Origin: a virus
Lineage: Duplodnaviria > Caudoviricetes
DNA: 33,435 bases
Reading direction: 5' to 3' (one strand)
IMG/VR virus record: IMGVR_UViG_3300047400_000352
Coordinates: 1-33,435 of that record
Shown here: positions 1-9,766 of the stretch, piece after piece
How the letters are laid out: the number at the start of each line of letters is the position of its first letter
How positions within the stretch are numbered: position 1 is the first letter of the stretch
Notes under the pieces: model-generated
Seen by the model: the letters and a program-made list of their open reading frames with translations, nothing else
Database searches by the model: none
What the model was told of the DNA's origin: nothing
Program-made: the position numbers and the translations under genes

Positions 1-215
1 GTGACCTCTGGTCCAAAAACATTGTTCAATAAAATAAGGTGGTTCAATATCAAGCGTTCTTTAAGTGATTTCGTCACTTTGTATCTTCTAAACAATCTTT
101 TCAGATACTTGGTACGCTTGATATCTCCCTCAAATTCTGACATAATGCATTGTGGTGAATTATAGTGTTTCACCGCATACATCACGAAATTTTCTTCATT
201 CAAATCATCAAACAT
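1..215 (-). CDS. Conserved T4-like phage hypothetical protein (3' end runs off the window)
   Basis: Not in the ORF track. Read manually from ATG at 215: MFDDLNEENFVMYAVKHYNSPQCIMSEFEGDIKRTKYLKRLF...LILNHLILLNNVFG, open to the window edge. Resembles a conserved ORF of T4-like cyanophage-type genomes. Confidence 0.75.
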   Translation of the reverse strand, partial: MFDDLNEENFVMYAVKHYNSPQCIMSEFEGDIKRTKYLKRLFRRYKVTKSLKERLILNHLILLNNVFGPEV

Positions 216-218
216 GAT

Positions 219-238
219 TAAAAGGGGCCGAAGCCCCT
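219..238 (-). terminator. Rho-independent terminator with UUCG tetraloop
   Basis: Minus strand reads AGGGGC-TTCG-GCCCCT-TTT just after the stop of 244..954; the cUUCGg loop is typical of T4-type terminators. Confidence 0.85.
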
Positions 239-243
239 ATTGA

Positions 244-954
244 TTAGGCTGAAATTAGAATTCGGCCATTGGCAGAGGTTGCTGTAGCACCTGTACCTGT
301 TGCAGATACAACTGCACGGAACACATAGTTGTTTGCATCCACATTTGTTGGATCAACAGTCAATGTTGCGGTTGTAGCGCCACTAATAATTGTGTTAGCA
401 GGAATACCAGAACCATTCTTGTTACCGTTGGTCAAATCAACCCAAACACCACCGGCGTTGTTGTTAACTTGCCATTGATATGTCAATGGAGCCGCAGTAT
501 TGCCAGCAGTAATTGAAGCTACAACAGAATATGAAACGGTATTTGCACTAGCAGCACTTACTGGACCTGCAACTGAATCTGGTTGTGTGCTAATTGTAAT
601 GATGGCGTCTTGATAAATTGTATCTTCACCATCACCATTAACGCTAGCCAATGCAACTAAAGTTTCTGTTTGTATACGACCTGCACGACCACCAGTACCA
701 ACGGTTCTCAAATTCCATCCTTTATGAGCACCCATGCCATGGCCTTGTGCTTGAATTTCATTTCCGTCAATATTGAAAAGACCAATGGTTTCATTTGTAA
801 TATATGCGTCAGCTGTCGTATTGTTGTAAAGAATCGCAACATTGGCTGCTGTTGGTGCAGAATTTGCTGCTCCAGCTGCTGATTTTGCAATTGCTGAGCT
901 AACTGCCCAATATGGAGCGTTAGCTGCGTTGTCGTTATTTCCCCAAGATGACAT
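244..954 (-). CDS. Virion structural/decoration protein with C-terminal Ig-like domain
   Basis: Ala/Thr/Asn-rich. The C-terminus has an Ig-like pattern (TISTQP...LTYQWQ...GATTATLTV...YVFRAVVS). AAGGAG RBS and a late-promoter motif lie upstream. Confidence 0.75.
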   Translation of the reverse strand: MSSWGNNDNAANAPYWAVSSAIAKSAAGAANSAPTAANVAILYNNTTADAYITNETIGLFNIDGNEIQAQGHGMGAHKGWNLRTVGTGGRAGRIQTETLVALASVNGDGEDTIYQDAIITISTQPDSVAGPVSAASANTVSYSVVASITAGNTAAPLTYQWQVNNNAGGVWVDLTNGNKNGSGIPANTIISGATTATLTVDPTNVDANNYVFRAVVSATGTGATATSANGRILISA

Positions 955-985
955 TTTATTCTCCTTTTAACCGAGGGTTATATTG

Positions 986-992
986 TATTTAT
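986..992 (-). promoter_or_regulatory. T4-type late promoter (ATAAATA)
   Basis: ATAAATA on the minus strand about 30 nt upstream of the 954 start. Confidence 0.55.
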
Positions 993-2101
993 TTAATTGG
1001 TTTCTCTGAACCGAAAGTTGCTTGTTTTTTGGTTTTCATCATCGGATCAATCTCAATGGTGTCTCTTGGAGCACCAGTCATAGTCTTACCACCACTTAAA
1101 ACTGCTGCGGCTTGTGGTGCTTCTTTAGTCATAGCGTCAACGCCAGGTTTTTGCAACTTGGTCTTTTTACCGGGTGATGCAACAGGTTTATCTTCTTTTT
1201 CATGGTCAAACATATCTTCTTTAATGCCCTTCTTTTTATAGATGGACTTAATGATTCTTGCTGACTTTGACATTTCTTTCATATTCTTGCGTTTTGCAGG
1301 AATTACATCATCAGGATTATTTGCACCGTCAAATGGCATTTGTGTGGCTGCGTCGGATCCATGGAAAACATCTTCTTTTTTAAACATCTTTTCGATTTGT
1401 TTTCCAGTAGATTTCATATGCCCCATCCAACGTTTGTTGGATTTTTTATACTCACCTTTTGATGCCAAATCCTTGGCTGATTGACCTGCTTTATCTCTGT
1501 AACGATTCAATAGTTCTGGTGACAATTCATTTAGATACTCAACGGCTTCTTTGATGTTGGCTACTGTATCGTAATCATCCATCGTTAACATACCTTTTTT
1601 GCGAATTTCAATCAATTTTTCCACAACACGGTGTAGATCCATATCAGATTTTAAATCTTCACGTGCAAGTTCCAAAACACGAATCAATAAAGGAATATCA
1701 AATGTAACAGTATCTTTTTTGTCTGTTGCCTCAGAGTGTAATTGTTTATGGCCATCAGCAACACGAATTTCTTTATTCATGTGTTGTGCCTTTTTCAAAG
1801 CGTGTAATCTCTTTTGTGTTGGTGTGTGTTGAGAAGAAATAGATTCTTTTACAGGATCATTTAAATGCTGTGTCGCCCACATTTTATATGCATTTGTCTT
1901 AGAATGTGCAACTTTAATATCTTTTGTTGCAAATTCTGGATTAATACCCCTTGATTTCAGGTATTTGTCTAACAAAGCAGTTTCTGTTATGTTTGCTTTG
2001 GCTGACCAAGGATCATTAGGATCGGTACCGAATGTTGGCTTACTACAACCACATCCTTTTACCGTATCCTTAACTATTCTTGCTTTTCTGCTCATTTCCA
2101 T
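989..2101 (-). CDS. Charged, low-complexity hypothetical protein (possible head internal protein)
   Basis: 370-aa ORF, Lys/Glu-rich, modular segments separated by V/I/L-x-E motifs; contains LNELSPELLNRY. Confidence 0.65.
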   Translation of the reverse strand: MEMSRKARIVKDTVKGCGCSKPTFGTDPNDPWSAKANITETALLDKYLKSRGINPEFATKDIKVAHSKTNAYKMWATQHLNDPVKESISSQHTPTQKRLHALKKAQHMNKEIRVADGHKQLHSEATDKKDTVTFDIPLLIRVLELAREDLKSDMDLHRVVEKLIEIRKKGMLTMDDYDTVANIKEAVEYLNELSPELLNRYRDKAGQSAKDLASKGEYKKSNKRWMGHMKSTGKQIEKMFKKEDVFHGSDAATQMPFDGANNPDDVIPAKRKNMKEMSKSARIIKSIYKKKGIKEDMFDHEKEDKPVASPGKKTKLQKPGVDAMTKEAPQAAAVLSGGKTMTGAPRDTIEIDPMMKTKKQATFGSEKPIK

Positions 2102-3483
2102 GCCTTATCTTCGGTTGTACCTGTTTTGCCAAGCATTTCAGTTTTCATTCTTTTCATTGCTTGTTTAGCCAAATGTTTAACTCTGGACATTGGTGTGTGT
2201 TTTGCACCAGATTTGTCTGTAACAGTTGCTGGTTTGGATGTTGGATTATATGGACCTTCAAATGGAACGTTATCAGTTTCTGGTCTTTTAGACTCAGTTA
2301 CTTTTTTTTTATCTTCTGGTTCATCATGTTCTGGTTTGCTTTTTTGTGCAGCACCACCATATGCACGACCAGCTTTAACGCCTGATCCACCTTTTGATTC
2401 TGGTGGTTTTGGTTTTTTCCAATCAAATGCATTTTCTTCTACTTGTTCGGTATCTTCTTTGGTCAAACGCTCAACTGCCTTACCAATACCTGCATGACGT
2501 TTTTGGGCCGTAGCCATGAATTTTTTAGAAAGACTGGATGATGCTGCTTTTGAGCTAGGTTTTCTAGCTTTATCTGCCTGATTCTGGAAATCGGCGGAAA
2601 GTTTACGAGAAGCACCAACATCTCTTGCTGCACTTTTCACATAAGAACCTAAAGTTGATTTTGACAATTCATCAATCTGTTCAACTTCTTCTTCAATATG
2701 ATTTCCACCACATACGCATGGATCTTGCATACAGTCTGGACAAATATCGGTTTCAACTTCTTCGTTGCGTTGTTTTGCATAATAAGCGGCTAAAGCCATC
2801 TTTTTACGCATTTCTGTTGATTTGCCTTTAAACTTAGGATTATCAGAATGAACAAAATCGTGAATCCAATCACCAGCTTTTGCATCTTTAGATAATACTT
2901 CTTGGATCATTTGATCGAAAATTGAATGTTCTTCGTATTCTTCTTTGAACTTCTTCAATGTCATGGCCAAATTGGCACGCTTACCTAATTTACCACCTTT
3001 TTCTGCTGCGGCTTTTAGTTTTTCGGCAGGAATCTTTTTGTCAGCAGGAACATGTAGTTGTTTGTGTAGGGCGCCTGGCTTTTTGATAGCCTTTTGGATC
3101 CATTTTTCTTTTTCTTCAATCTGTTCAATTTCTTCTTTTACATCACCAGCAATCTTAACTTTCTTAGACAAATAAGGATCAGCAGATTTCTTTTCACGAC
3201 CTTTTAATGTGTCTGTTACTTCTTCTTTCATTTTGGCTTGTTTGGCAGCTTGTTTCATTGGTTCTTTTTTATTGCCGTCTTTATCTAGATCCAAGAAATC
3301 TGGCTTAGCTGCTTCTTTAACTGGTTTCTGACCAGCACGAAGCTTAGCTAAATCACCAGCATCAATCTTATCTGCTGGAGGAGACATTTTAGCAATTTGC
3401 TTTTGTTTTGGAGAAAGTTCTTTTTTCTCTAAAATGGATTTTACTGAATCTGCAACAGAATCTTTTTTGTTAAGATTGATCAT
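2092..3483 (-). CDS. Charged, low-complexity hypothetical protein (possible head internal protein)
   Basis: 463-aa ORF with repeated VKE/MKEE/IEE motifs and IDELSKSTLGSY; overlaps both neighbours as in a coupled operon. Confidence 0.65.
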   Translation of the reverse strand: MINLNKKDSVADSVKSILEKKELSPKQKQIAKMSPPADKIDAGDLAKLRAGQKPVKEAAKPDFLDLDKDGNKKEPMKQAAKQAKMKEEVTDTLKGREKKSADPYLSKKVKIAGDVKEEIEQIEEKEKWIQKAIKKPGALHKQLHVPADKKIPAEKLKAAAEKGGKLGKRANLAMTLKKFKEEYEEHSIFDQMIQEVLSKDAKAGDWIHDFVHSDNPKFKGKSTEMRKKMALAAYYAKQRNEEVETDICPDCMQDPCVCGGNHIEEEVEQIDELSKSTLGSYVKSAARDVGASRKLSADFQNQADKARKPSSKAASSSLSKKFMATAQKRHAGIGKAVERLTKEDTEQVEENAFDWKKPKPPESKGGSGVKAGRAYGGAAQKSKPEHDEPEDKKKVTESKRPETDNVPFEGPYNPTSKPATVTDKSGAKHTPMSRVKHLAKQAMKRMKTEMLGKTGTTEDKAWK

Positions 3484-5342
3484 TTTTTGCCTGCCTTTTT
3501 TCGTTTTATTGTATCGTAGGTATAACCAACTTTATCTTTAGGATTTTCAATCGGTTCTTTATTATCTGCACCGCTTAGTGTTCCAGCAAATCCAGATTCT
3601 TGATCGTTTTGAAATCCATTATACTCATTAATTGTTTTTCTAAACTTACCAAAATTTTTATCTTCTCTGTAAGTAACATCGCCCAATCCAGACATAGGGT
3701 ATACTGTTCCCTGTTGGCGAGTGTCAAATTCAGGACCAATTCCAGATTGGTTTCTCAACCTTTGATTAACTGTAGGAGAGTCAACAAATCTGTTTTTTTT
3801 ACTCTTTACTTTTTCTTTGTCTTGCTTGAAGTTGCTTTCTTTTGGCTCTGGGAAGATTTTGATCGACCCTTCTTTGGACTCGGAGTAGGTTCTGAAGGTG
3901 TAACTTCCACGCTTGGCGTTTCTGTCCCACTTGATGTTGTCTGCGTTTGGATCTCCTGCTCGATTATCGGCTGGGATATCTCCTGGACGGTCTGCTGTGG
4001 GGCCTGCTCCTGCACGGAGTTTTGGTTCGGAACCGCTGCTGTCCTTTCCGTAAAGTCCAATGGATGGCTTTCTTCTACTTTCTTTGAGCTTCTGAATAAA
4101 TCTAGAATCTTTCTTAACATAATTTTGTTCCTCAACAAAAGACTGGTGAATATTATTATTTAGCTTACCGTGATTCTCTAACCACAGGTATGCTTCCTCA
4201 TTTAGAATCTTGATATCAATAAAATCGTTGATACTTTGGTATATATCTGTAATATCTTCTTCTATTTCTTCTAACGAACCACTATTATTCAAATCAATAA
4301 AGTGTTCAAATTTATTCTGGTATAGTTCTTTGTTTGTTTGTGCTTCTTTCCACTTCTTCTGTCTTATGGATTCAGCAATCATTTTTGTCAGTTTTTCGTT
4401 GCGTTCTTTACTTGTTTCATTTGAAGTTTCAACGAAAACCATTAATGTATCGTATCCTAATTCTTCCAGTTCTTCCTTGATCCAGAACATCTCATTTTGT
4501 TTATCGGCAGGACCATTAATAATCAATGGTTTACGAGTTCTAATTGCTTCTCTACGATAATCAGCCGTTCTTTCTGTTAATTTTTGCTTATCGGCTAAGT
4601 ATTCAAAGGCCTGAACCGAATTGATTTCCACAGCTCTGCTTTCGGCAATTGCTTCACGCAAAATAACATCTTTACCAGAACCAGGTCCACCAGTAACAAA
4701 AATGGCTTTGAACATGCCACGATTGACATTTTCGTGTAGACCCATACCACGACGAACATCATGCATCAATTCTTTTGCATGTGTATCGGAAACATGATGT
4801 GGGACACCTTGACGGAAAGATGAAAAATCTTTGTTTTTAGCATGTTCACGCATTTTAGAACCAGACATGCCCTCTGTACCTTCTGCATCTGGGTCACGAT
4901 GGCCAGCAGAATGAACGGTTATCTTTTTGAAATGGTACAATGCACCTTTGTGTGTACCATTATATTGGTGTAGTTTATCATGGTATTCTTTGACACGGTC
5001 TGAACCAGCAACCATATGTAAATGAGTTACACCTTTTTTGTGTAACTCAGCTGCATGGTGCAAAAATGTTGGATGCTCTTTTGATGAAGTTGCAAAGTTT
5101 GTTCCAGGAGAATAACGCTTTAAGTGTTTGAGTTTTTGTTCTCCACTTAGAGGATTCTTTTTTGTGTCTTGTGAATGTGAAACAACAACGGAATGCTTTC
5201 CGCCGACCTTTTGTGCAACACCTTTAACTTTGTCGATTAGTTTCAAGTGTCCTGTGGTTGGAGGATTCATGCGGCCAAAGGCCATCACATGATGGTTTTC
5301 TTTAGTTTCTTCTTCTCTTAATAACTGTGAAAATGATTTCAT
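3480..5342 (-). CDS. Cytidylyltransferase-like (HxGH superfamily) domain fused to a P-loop kinase domain and a low-complexity tail
   Basis: N-terminal FGRMNPPTTGH motif, MVAGSDR and MSGSKMR (KMSKS-like), followed by IFVTGGPGSGKD (Walker A). Confidence 0.8.
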   Translation of the reverse strand: MKSFSQLLREEETKENHHVMAFGRMNPPTTGHLKLIDKVKGVAQKVGGKHSVVVSHSQDTKKNPLSGEQKLKHLKRYSPGTNFATSSKEHPTFLHHAAELHKKGVTHLHMVAGSDRVKEYHDKLHQYNGTHKGALYHFKKITVHSAGHRDPDAEGTEGMSGSKMREHAKNKDFSSFRQGVPHHVSDTHAKELMHDVRRGMGLHENVNRGMFKAIFVTGGPGSGKDVILREAIAESRAVEINSVQAFEYLADKQKLTERTADYRREAIRTRKPLIINGPADKQNEMFWIKEELEELGYDTLMVFVETSNETSKERNEKLTKMIAESIRQKKWKEAQTNKELYQNKFEHFIDLNNSGSLEEIEEDITDIYQSINDFIDIKILNEEAYLWLENHGKLNNNIHQSFVEEQNYVKKDSRFIQKLKESRRKPSIGLYGKDSSGSEPKLRAGAGPTADRPGDIPADNRAGDPNADNIKWDRNAKRGSYTFRTYSESKEGSIKIFPEPKESNFKQDKEKVKSKKNRFVDSPTVNQRLRNQSGIGPEFDTRQQGTVYPMSGLGDVTYREDKNFGKFRKTINEYNGFQNDQESGFAGTLSGADNKEPIENPKDKVGYTYDTIKRKKAGKK

Positions 5343-6535
5343 TTACGTACTTTTAACAGATTTATCTTACTGAATTCTTTGCGATTTACTAACTTTGTTG
5401 GTTCACCTGCATGATGAACAACAAATCCTTCTGGATCTGTTCTTTTTAGTTTACCACCTTCAACTTCTACGTGATGTTCTAATCCACCTTCATGTTGATT
5501 TAATGTTCTAACTAACACATCTTTTGCTTGTTGTAGATGGTGATGCATCTTTAATAAATTATCATATTGTTGTTTATTCTTTTTAATATGATCGACATGT
5601 AATTTTGCTTCAGCTTGTTTTCTACCTTGAGCAGCAGGAGTCTTTAATTTTTCACCGGCCTTTTTATACTTATCCTGTATGAATTTTGATAGACCTTCTG
5701 CGTTTGGTTTTTCGTCTGTTCTTACTGTATGGTTAATATATTGTTCTAGATGACCGCCTTCACCACTATGTGGACTTACAGCAGAATACATCTTTTGACC
5801 ATTTTTATCGTGAATTTCTTGTGCGGCTTTAATATGTTTATTGAATTCACCTTGGTCATCAACAGAATAGTGTACTTGTTTGGTATCATGGTTTGGTGAA
5901 ATTCTCCAAACGTCTGGGTGATTTTTGAAGTTGTGTAGGTCTGGATGCGGATCGGCACTCATGGCTTTTGCAGAATCACCATGATATTGCGTGTGTACCA
6001 CTACTCCAAGCTTTGCTTTTCTAACCTTATCAGCTTCTTCACCCTTTGCCGTATACTGAATAGTGTTTGGTGTAAAAGAAACTCCTTGTTTTGTTTCTTT
6101 CTTATCATCACCAGAGAACATCAAATCACCTTGATAAACACCAGTTTTTGGTGCGACTTTCTTTAGGTGATTCAAAGCATCATGTAACTTGGCCATTAAA
6201 CCTGGTGCGTGACCATGGTTTTTTAATATATCGGCATGTGTATAGTTAACTTTTGGTGTTTTGTTGAAAGCGGATTTTGACGCAACAAAAAACTTACCTG
6301 TTTCTGGGTGATGACCAAACACGATAGATGGTGAACCATCATATTTCATAGTCAAATGCGAACTGTTGCCACCAGACTTAATATGCTGGTGTGCTTGTTT
6401 TAATGCGGCTACGGCATGGTCGAAACCTTCTGCACCTTTTTGCAAAGGTCTATCTTCCGCATGAGTAATGTGTTTTAATTTTCCGCCTTCGGCTTCTTCA
6501 GCCTGTTCACGGATATATGTGACGAAATCTCTCAT
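5339..6535 (-). CDS. ATP-dependent RNA/DNA ligase-like nucleotidyltransferase (DUF6267-like)
   Basis: KYDG (motif I), YQGDLM (III-like), EGFVV (IV) and KLV (V) occur in ligase order. Confidence 0.7.
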   Translation of the reverse strand: MRDFVTYIREQAEEAEGGKLKHITHAEDRPLQKGAEGFDHAVAALKQAHQHIKSGGNSSHLTMKYDGSPSIVFGHHPETGKFFVASKSAFNKTPKVNYTHADILKNHGHAPGLMAKLHDALNHLKKVAPKTGVYQGDLMFSGDDKKETKQGVSFTPNTIQYTAKGEEADKVRKAKLGVVVHTQYHGDSAKAMSADPHPDLHNFKNHPDVWRISPNHDTKQVHYSVDDQGEFNKHIKAAQEIHDKNGQKMYSAVSPHSGEGGHLEQYINHTVRTDEKPNAEGLSKFIQDKYKKAGEKLKTPAAQGRKQAEAKLHVDHIKKNKQQYDNLLKMHHHLQQAKDVLVRTLNQHEGGLEHHVEVEGGKLKRTDPEGFVVHHAGEPTKLVNRKEFSKINLLKVRK

Positions 6536-6577
6536 TGATACCTTTTGAAATGCAACACACTTTGGTTGCCTGCGGTA

Positions 6578-6585
6578 TATTTATA
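6578..6585 (-). promoter_or_regulatory. T4 late promoter TATAAATA
   Basis: Exact TATAAATA on the minus strand in the intergenic gap upstream of the 6535 start. Confidence 0.8.
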
Positions 6586-6640
6586 TAAGATTTAAATATA
6601 CGGTTCTAAACTAAACAAATATTGAAACTGATATATAGCG

Positions 6641-7333
6641 TCAATAATATTCAATATTGCCATTTCCAGACAACCATCCAAAACAATGAATTTGGTCCAA
6701 TTCGACCAGATATTCTTTTGGAATATTATGGAAATGTGCATGTTCAGTATCAAAACCTTGTTGAATTACTGGTATGTTTTTTCTAATGACTTCAAGGTAC
6801 GTGTCTATTAATGATGGACACATAGAAAACATTCTGGTGATTAGAAGATCCGATATTTCTTTATTGTGCATCCAAGTTGGTATTCTTTTCTTAAAAACGA
6901 ATTTACCAAAAATATCATGTTCTTCTGCATTAAAACCTTCCAACAAAACACTTCTACCAGAAAACTTAAAGATTCTTTTAACCGAACTCATCATTTTTGA
7001 TGTGTCTGGATTCTGTTTAAGTGTAAGTAATGTTTTGTATAACATTAGATTTTCAGCAAGACCTTTTTGACCAACTTGAGATAGTTTTAAAACATCAGCA
7101 TCTTGCGTCATATCAATAAAATAATTTGACTTTTCTGCAACTGAAGTTCTTTCTAAATCTGTCAATGCACGTATAGAAGCATCAGTTGTTACGATAATTG
7201 CATCAGGAACAATCTTGCGAATTGATCTTAGACCATCTACTGTTTGTTGAAATCTTTCACCGTCACTAAAAGGACTTACCAAAGGTTTTAACGCTGAAGT
7301 AACGATGAATAGGTTTTTGTCAGGCATAATCAT
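6641..7333 (-). CDS. Hypothetical protein, possibly glycosyltransferase-like
   Basis: 230-aa ORF with FIVTS...ERFQQT and IFKFSGR motifs, last gene of the sugar-modification cluster. Confidence 0.6.
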   Translation of the reverse strand: MIMPDKNLFIVTSALKPLVSPFSDGERFQQTVDGLRSIRKIVPDAIIVTTDASIRALTDLERTSVAEKSNYFIDMTQDADVLKLSQVGQKGLAENLMLYKTLLTLKQNPDTSKMMSSVKRIFKFSGRSVLLEGFNAEEHDIFGKFVFKKRIPTWMHNKEISDLLITRMFSMCPSLIDTYLEVIRKNIPVIQQGFDTEHAHFHNIPKEYLVELDQIHCFGWLSGNGNIEYY

Positions 7334-8361
7334 AAAAAATCACTTAATTTATCATCATTTCTATAAAGATTGATTGCAACTGCCCTTGGATATGGATTTG
7401 ATTCATTATAATCATTAATCAGTATGCGTTTTGAATTCTGCAAACCACAAATGAGATTGAAACTCATAAACCCAAGGTCATACAACATTTGTCTGGTGAT
7501 ACTGGTATATTCGTTTGGTCTTGCTGATGTAAAGATAAATTGAGCACCTTTGGCTTGTAATTCTAACAATCGTTTGATATTCTTATGCAAAGGAATAGGT
7601 TTGCTCTCATAACTATTTGAACCAACACGTGTCTGGTTCTGTATGATTGTTCCATCAATATCACAGAAAATGACTGGTTTATCATTATATTCAAACCAAT
7701 CATTTGCAGTACCAACATCAACATAATCTGTAATATACTTGTTAGTAAAGATTTGTAGATTATTGATGCAACGACCAATTACATCTGAAACAAACACTTC
7801 CCTATTAGTGTTTAATTCTTCAAAAGCCTGTTTATATAACATTGCTGATGAAAACTTATAACCACCGACACAAAAGGTGTCAGACACAACTTCTTTCTCT
7901 ACGATATCCGTTATTATACCATTATTGTTAGCAATTGTAAAGCTTTTTGATGCCAACTTCTTTAGGATTTCATGTTGTGAAATTTTTGTAACACAAACGT
8001 AGTTGTCGCCTTCGGTAATATCATGCTCAAAAAAACTATCACAATCTTTAATGAATATCTCGGAAGTGTGTAATCCTGCGGATTTAATGATTTGATATAC
8101 TGTGTCGGCCGGACCTCTGGTTGGTTTATCAATAATCACATAATTGATATTGTCAGCCCATTCATGTTGTATCTGTTCAATAACACCATACTTTTCTTCG
8201 TGTTCTTTTAATATGCCTATATGAATTCTAAATCCTTTCTGTCTAAAGGTTCTCAAGGCATTCATCAACATCATTTCACCCTTATAATCATATAATAGAT
8301 ATTTGGGCTTCATATTTGGAAATCTGGTAGAAAGACCAGCTGCTGGTACAATTACTTCCAT
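7330..8361 (-). CDS. Sugar-phosphate nucleotidyltransferase fused to a HAD phosphatase-like domain
   Basis: N-terminal VIVPAAGLSTRF...KPK (NTP-transferase) with KDCD; C-terminal IFCDIDGT, FTSAR and ILIND (HAD motifs). Confidence 0.85.
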   Translation of the reverse strand: MEVIVPAAGLSTRFPNMKPKYLLYDYKGEMMLMNALRTFRQKGFRIHIGILKEHEEKYGVIEQIQHEWADNINYVIIDKPTRGPADTVYQIIKSAGLHTSEIFIKDCDSFFEHDITEGDNYVCVTKISQHEILKKLASKSFTIANNNGIITDIVEKEVVSDTFCVGGYKFSSAMLYKQAFEELNTNREVFVSDVIGRCINNLQIFTNKYITDYVDVGTANDWFEYNDKPVIFCDIDGTIIQNQTRVGSNSYESKPIPLHKNIKRLLELQAKGAQFIFTSARPNEYTSITRQMLYDLGFMSFNLICGLQNSKRILINDYNESNPYPRAVAINLYRNDDKLSDFL

Positions 8362-9095
8362 AATCTATGAATCTCTTTCATTAAAAAATTGTAATTATTA
8401 TCACCACGTTCACAATATTGAATTACTCTCAATAACATTAATATTAATAGTGAATCGTCAATATCTTGTGAAAATGAATGTTTGATTTTTGAATTTAATA
8501 TCTCTAACTTGGTATCTAGTTTAACTTCCGAGTTGCGTAAAAACCATTTACATTCTATGTCTTGTCTTAGTTTTGCAAGATCGAACACATAAGAATCATA
8601 TTCTGTCGTGACAGGATCAATCATAACAAAACCTGTGTTTGTGTGCAATATATTTTCTAGTGTAAAATCGCCGTGATATGTGGATTTAGGAAGAACTTTT
8701 GGTAATTTTGCAATTAAATCATACTTTGTGAATGGCATATCTTTTGATTTGTCCAACCAAGCCAATTTATTGTAGTATGTTTCTGTGTAATCTTTCATTT
8801 CAGATTCATTAGAAAAACTATCCATTGTTTCGTTGATGAAATTGAACAACTGATTGATATTATTATGAATCAAATAATTCTTCATGTCCAAACCATGGAT
8901 ATATTCCATCAGTAGACTATCATCGATTGATAGGTATACTTTTGGAACATGATATCCCAGTTTTGTTAATTCGGACATTCTTTCAAGATTGCGTTTTGTG
9001 TTACCGATCTTTTCGACACAATAAACACCTTCAATCTCTTTCAAATAAACTTTTGAACCAGAATGACCTTGTAACTCTTTAATTATTTTTTCCAT
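8352..9095 (-). CDS. Aminoglycoside/choline kinase-like phosphotransferase
   Basis: GHSGSKV glycine loop, HGDFTLENIL catalytic motif, MIDP. Confidence 0.85.
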   Translation of the reverse strand: MEKIIKELQGHSGSKVYLKEIEGVYCVEKIGNTKRNLERMSELTKLGYHVPKVYLSIDDSLLMEYIHGLDMKNYLIHNNINQLFNFINETMDSFSNESEMKDYTETYYNKLAWLDKSKDMPFTKYDLIAKLPKVLPKSTYHGDFTLENILHTNTGFVMIDPVTTEYDSYVFDLAKLRQDIECKWFLRNSEVKLDTKLEILNSKIKHSFSQDIDDSLLILMLLRVIQYCERGDNNYNFLMKEIHRLWK

Positions 9096-9766
9096 TGTTC
9101 TATATCATCACGAATCAAAGAGTGCCATGTTCCATTATATGGTCCTGGTGGAAATGGATTATTCATATTGACATAGACGAGATTCTCACCACAAAGACCA
9201 TGATATCTCAAATTGGCTTGCATCAGATTTTCACCAATAAAGTTTGCACCATTTTCATAGTATTCATCTATACGTTCAAAAGTGGACATATACTTTTTCA
9301 TGTTTTTTTGTGAACTAAATGCAAATTGATCGTTGCCAAAATCTCGTTCTGGTACCATACGACAGTTTGGTATATACAGTTTTGAATTATTCAGTTCTGA
9401 AAAAGGTATTACCACATTTAACGCATAGTCGGTCCTTGTAGAAATGACCCAATCATATTGCCCATCAATAAGTTTCAACACCTCATTCTTTGAGTAAAAC
9501 ATTGAATAGGTGAATCGTGGTGGGTGTTTAACTGCATCCGGTGTTCTGGTGTAAATTGAATCGTAATCACACATCAACTTATCTTCAAAAAGATAATCTT
9601 TAGGTTTGTATAGTCCATTTACACAAGACACACCTTCAGTTGCGGTTCTTTTCCAACTATGGATATAAACATCAACATCATAGTGATCCAAAAGATTGCG
9701 CTTGAAATATTCGTAACCTTTTTCAAACGATCTGGTTTGACCAGAAAAACATAATGCAATTTTCAT
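9083..9766 (-). CDS. Putative glycosyltransferase-like protein
   Basis: MKIALCFSGQTR, DVYIHSW, YDWVISTRTD and NDQFA motifs, typical of polysaccharide-locus hypothetical proteins. Confidence 0.65.
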   Translation of the reverse strand: MKIALCFSGQTRSFEKGYEYFKRNLLDHYDVDVYIHSWKRTATEGVSCVNGLYKPKDYLFEDKLMCDYDSIYTRTPDAVKHPPRFTYSMFYSKNEVLKLIDGQYDWVISTRTDYALNVVIPFSELNNSKLYIPNCRMVPERDFGNDQFAFSSQKNMKKYMSTFERIDEYYENGANFIGENLMQANLRYHGLCGENLVYVNMNNPFPPGPYNGTWHSLIRDDIEQWKK

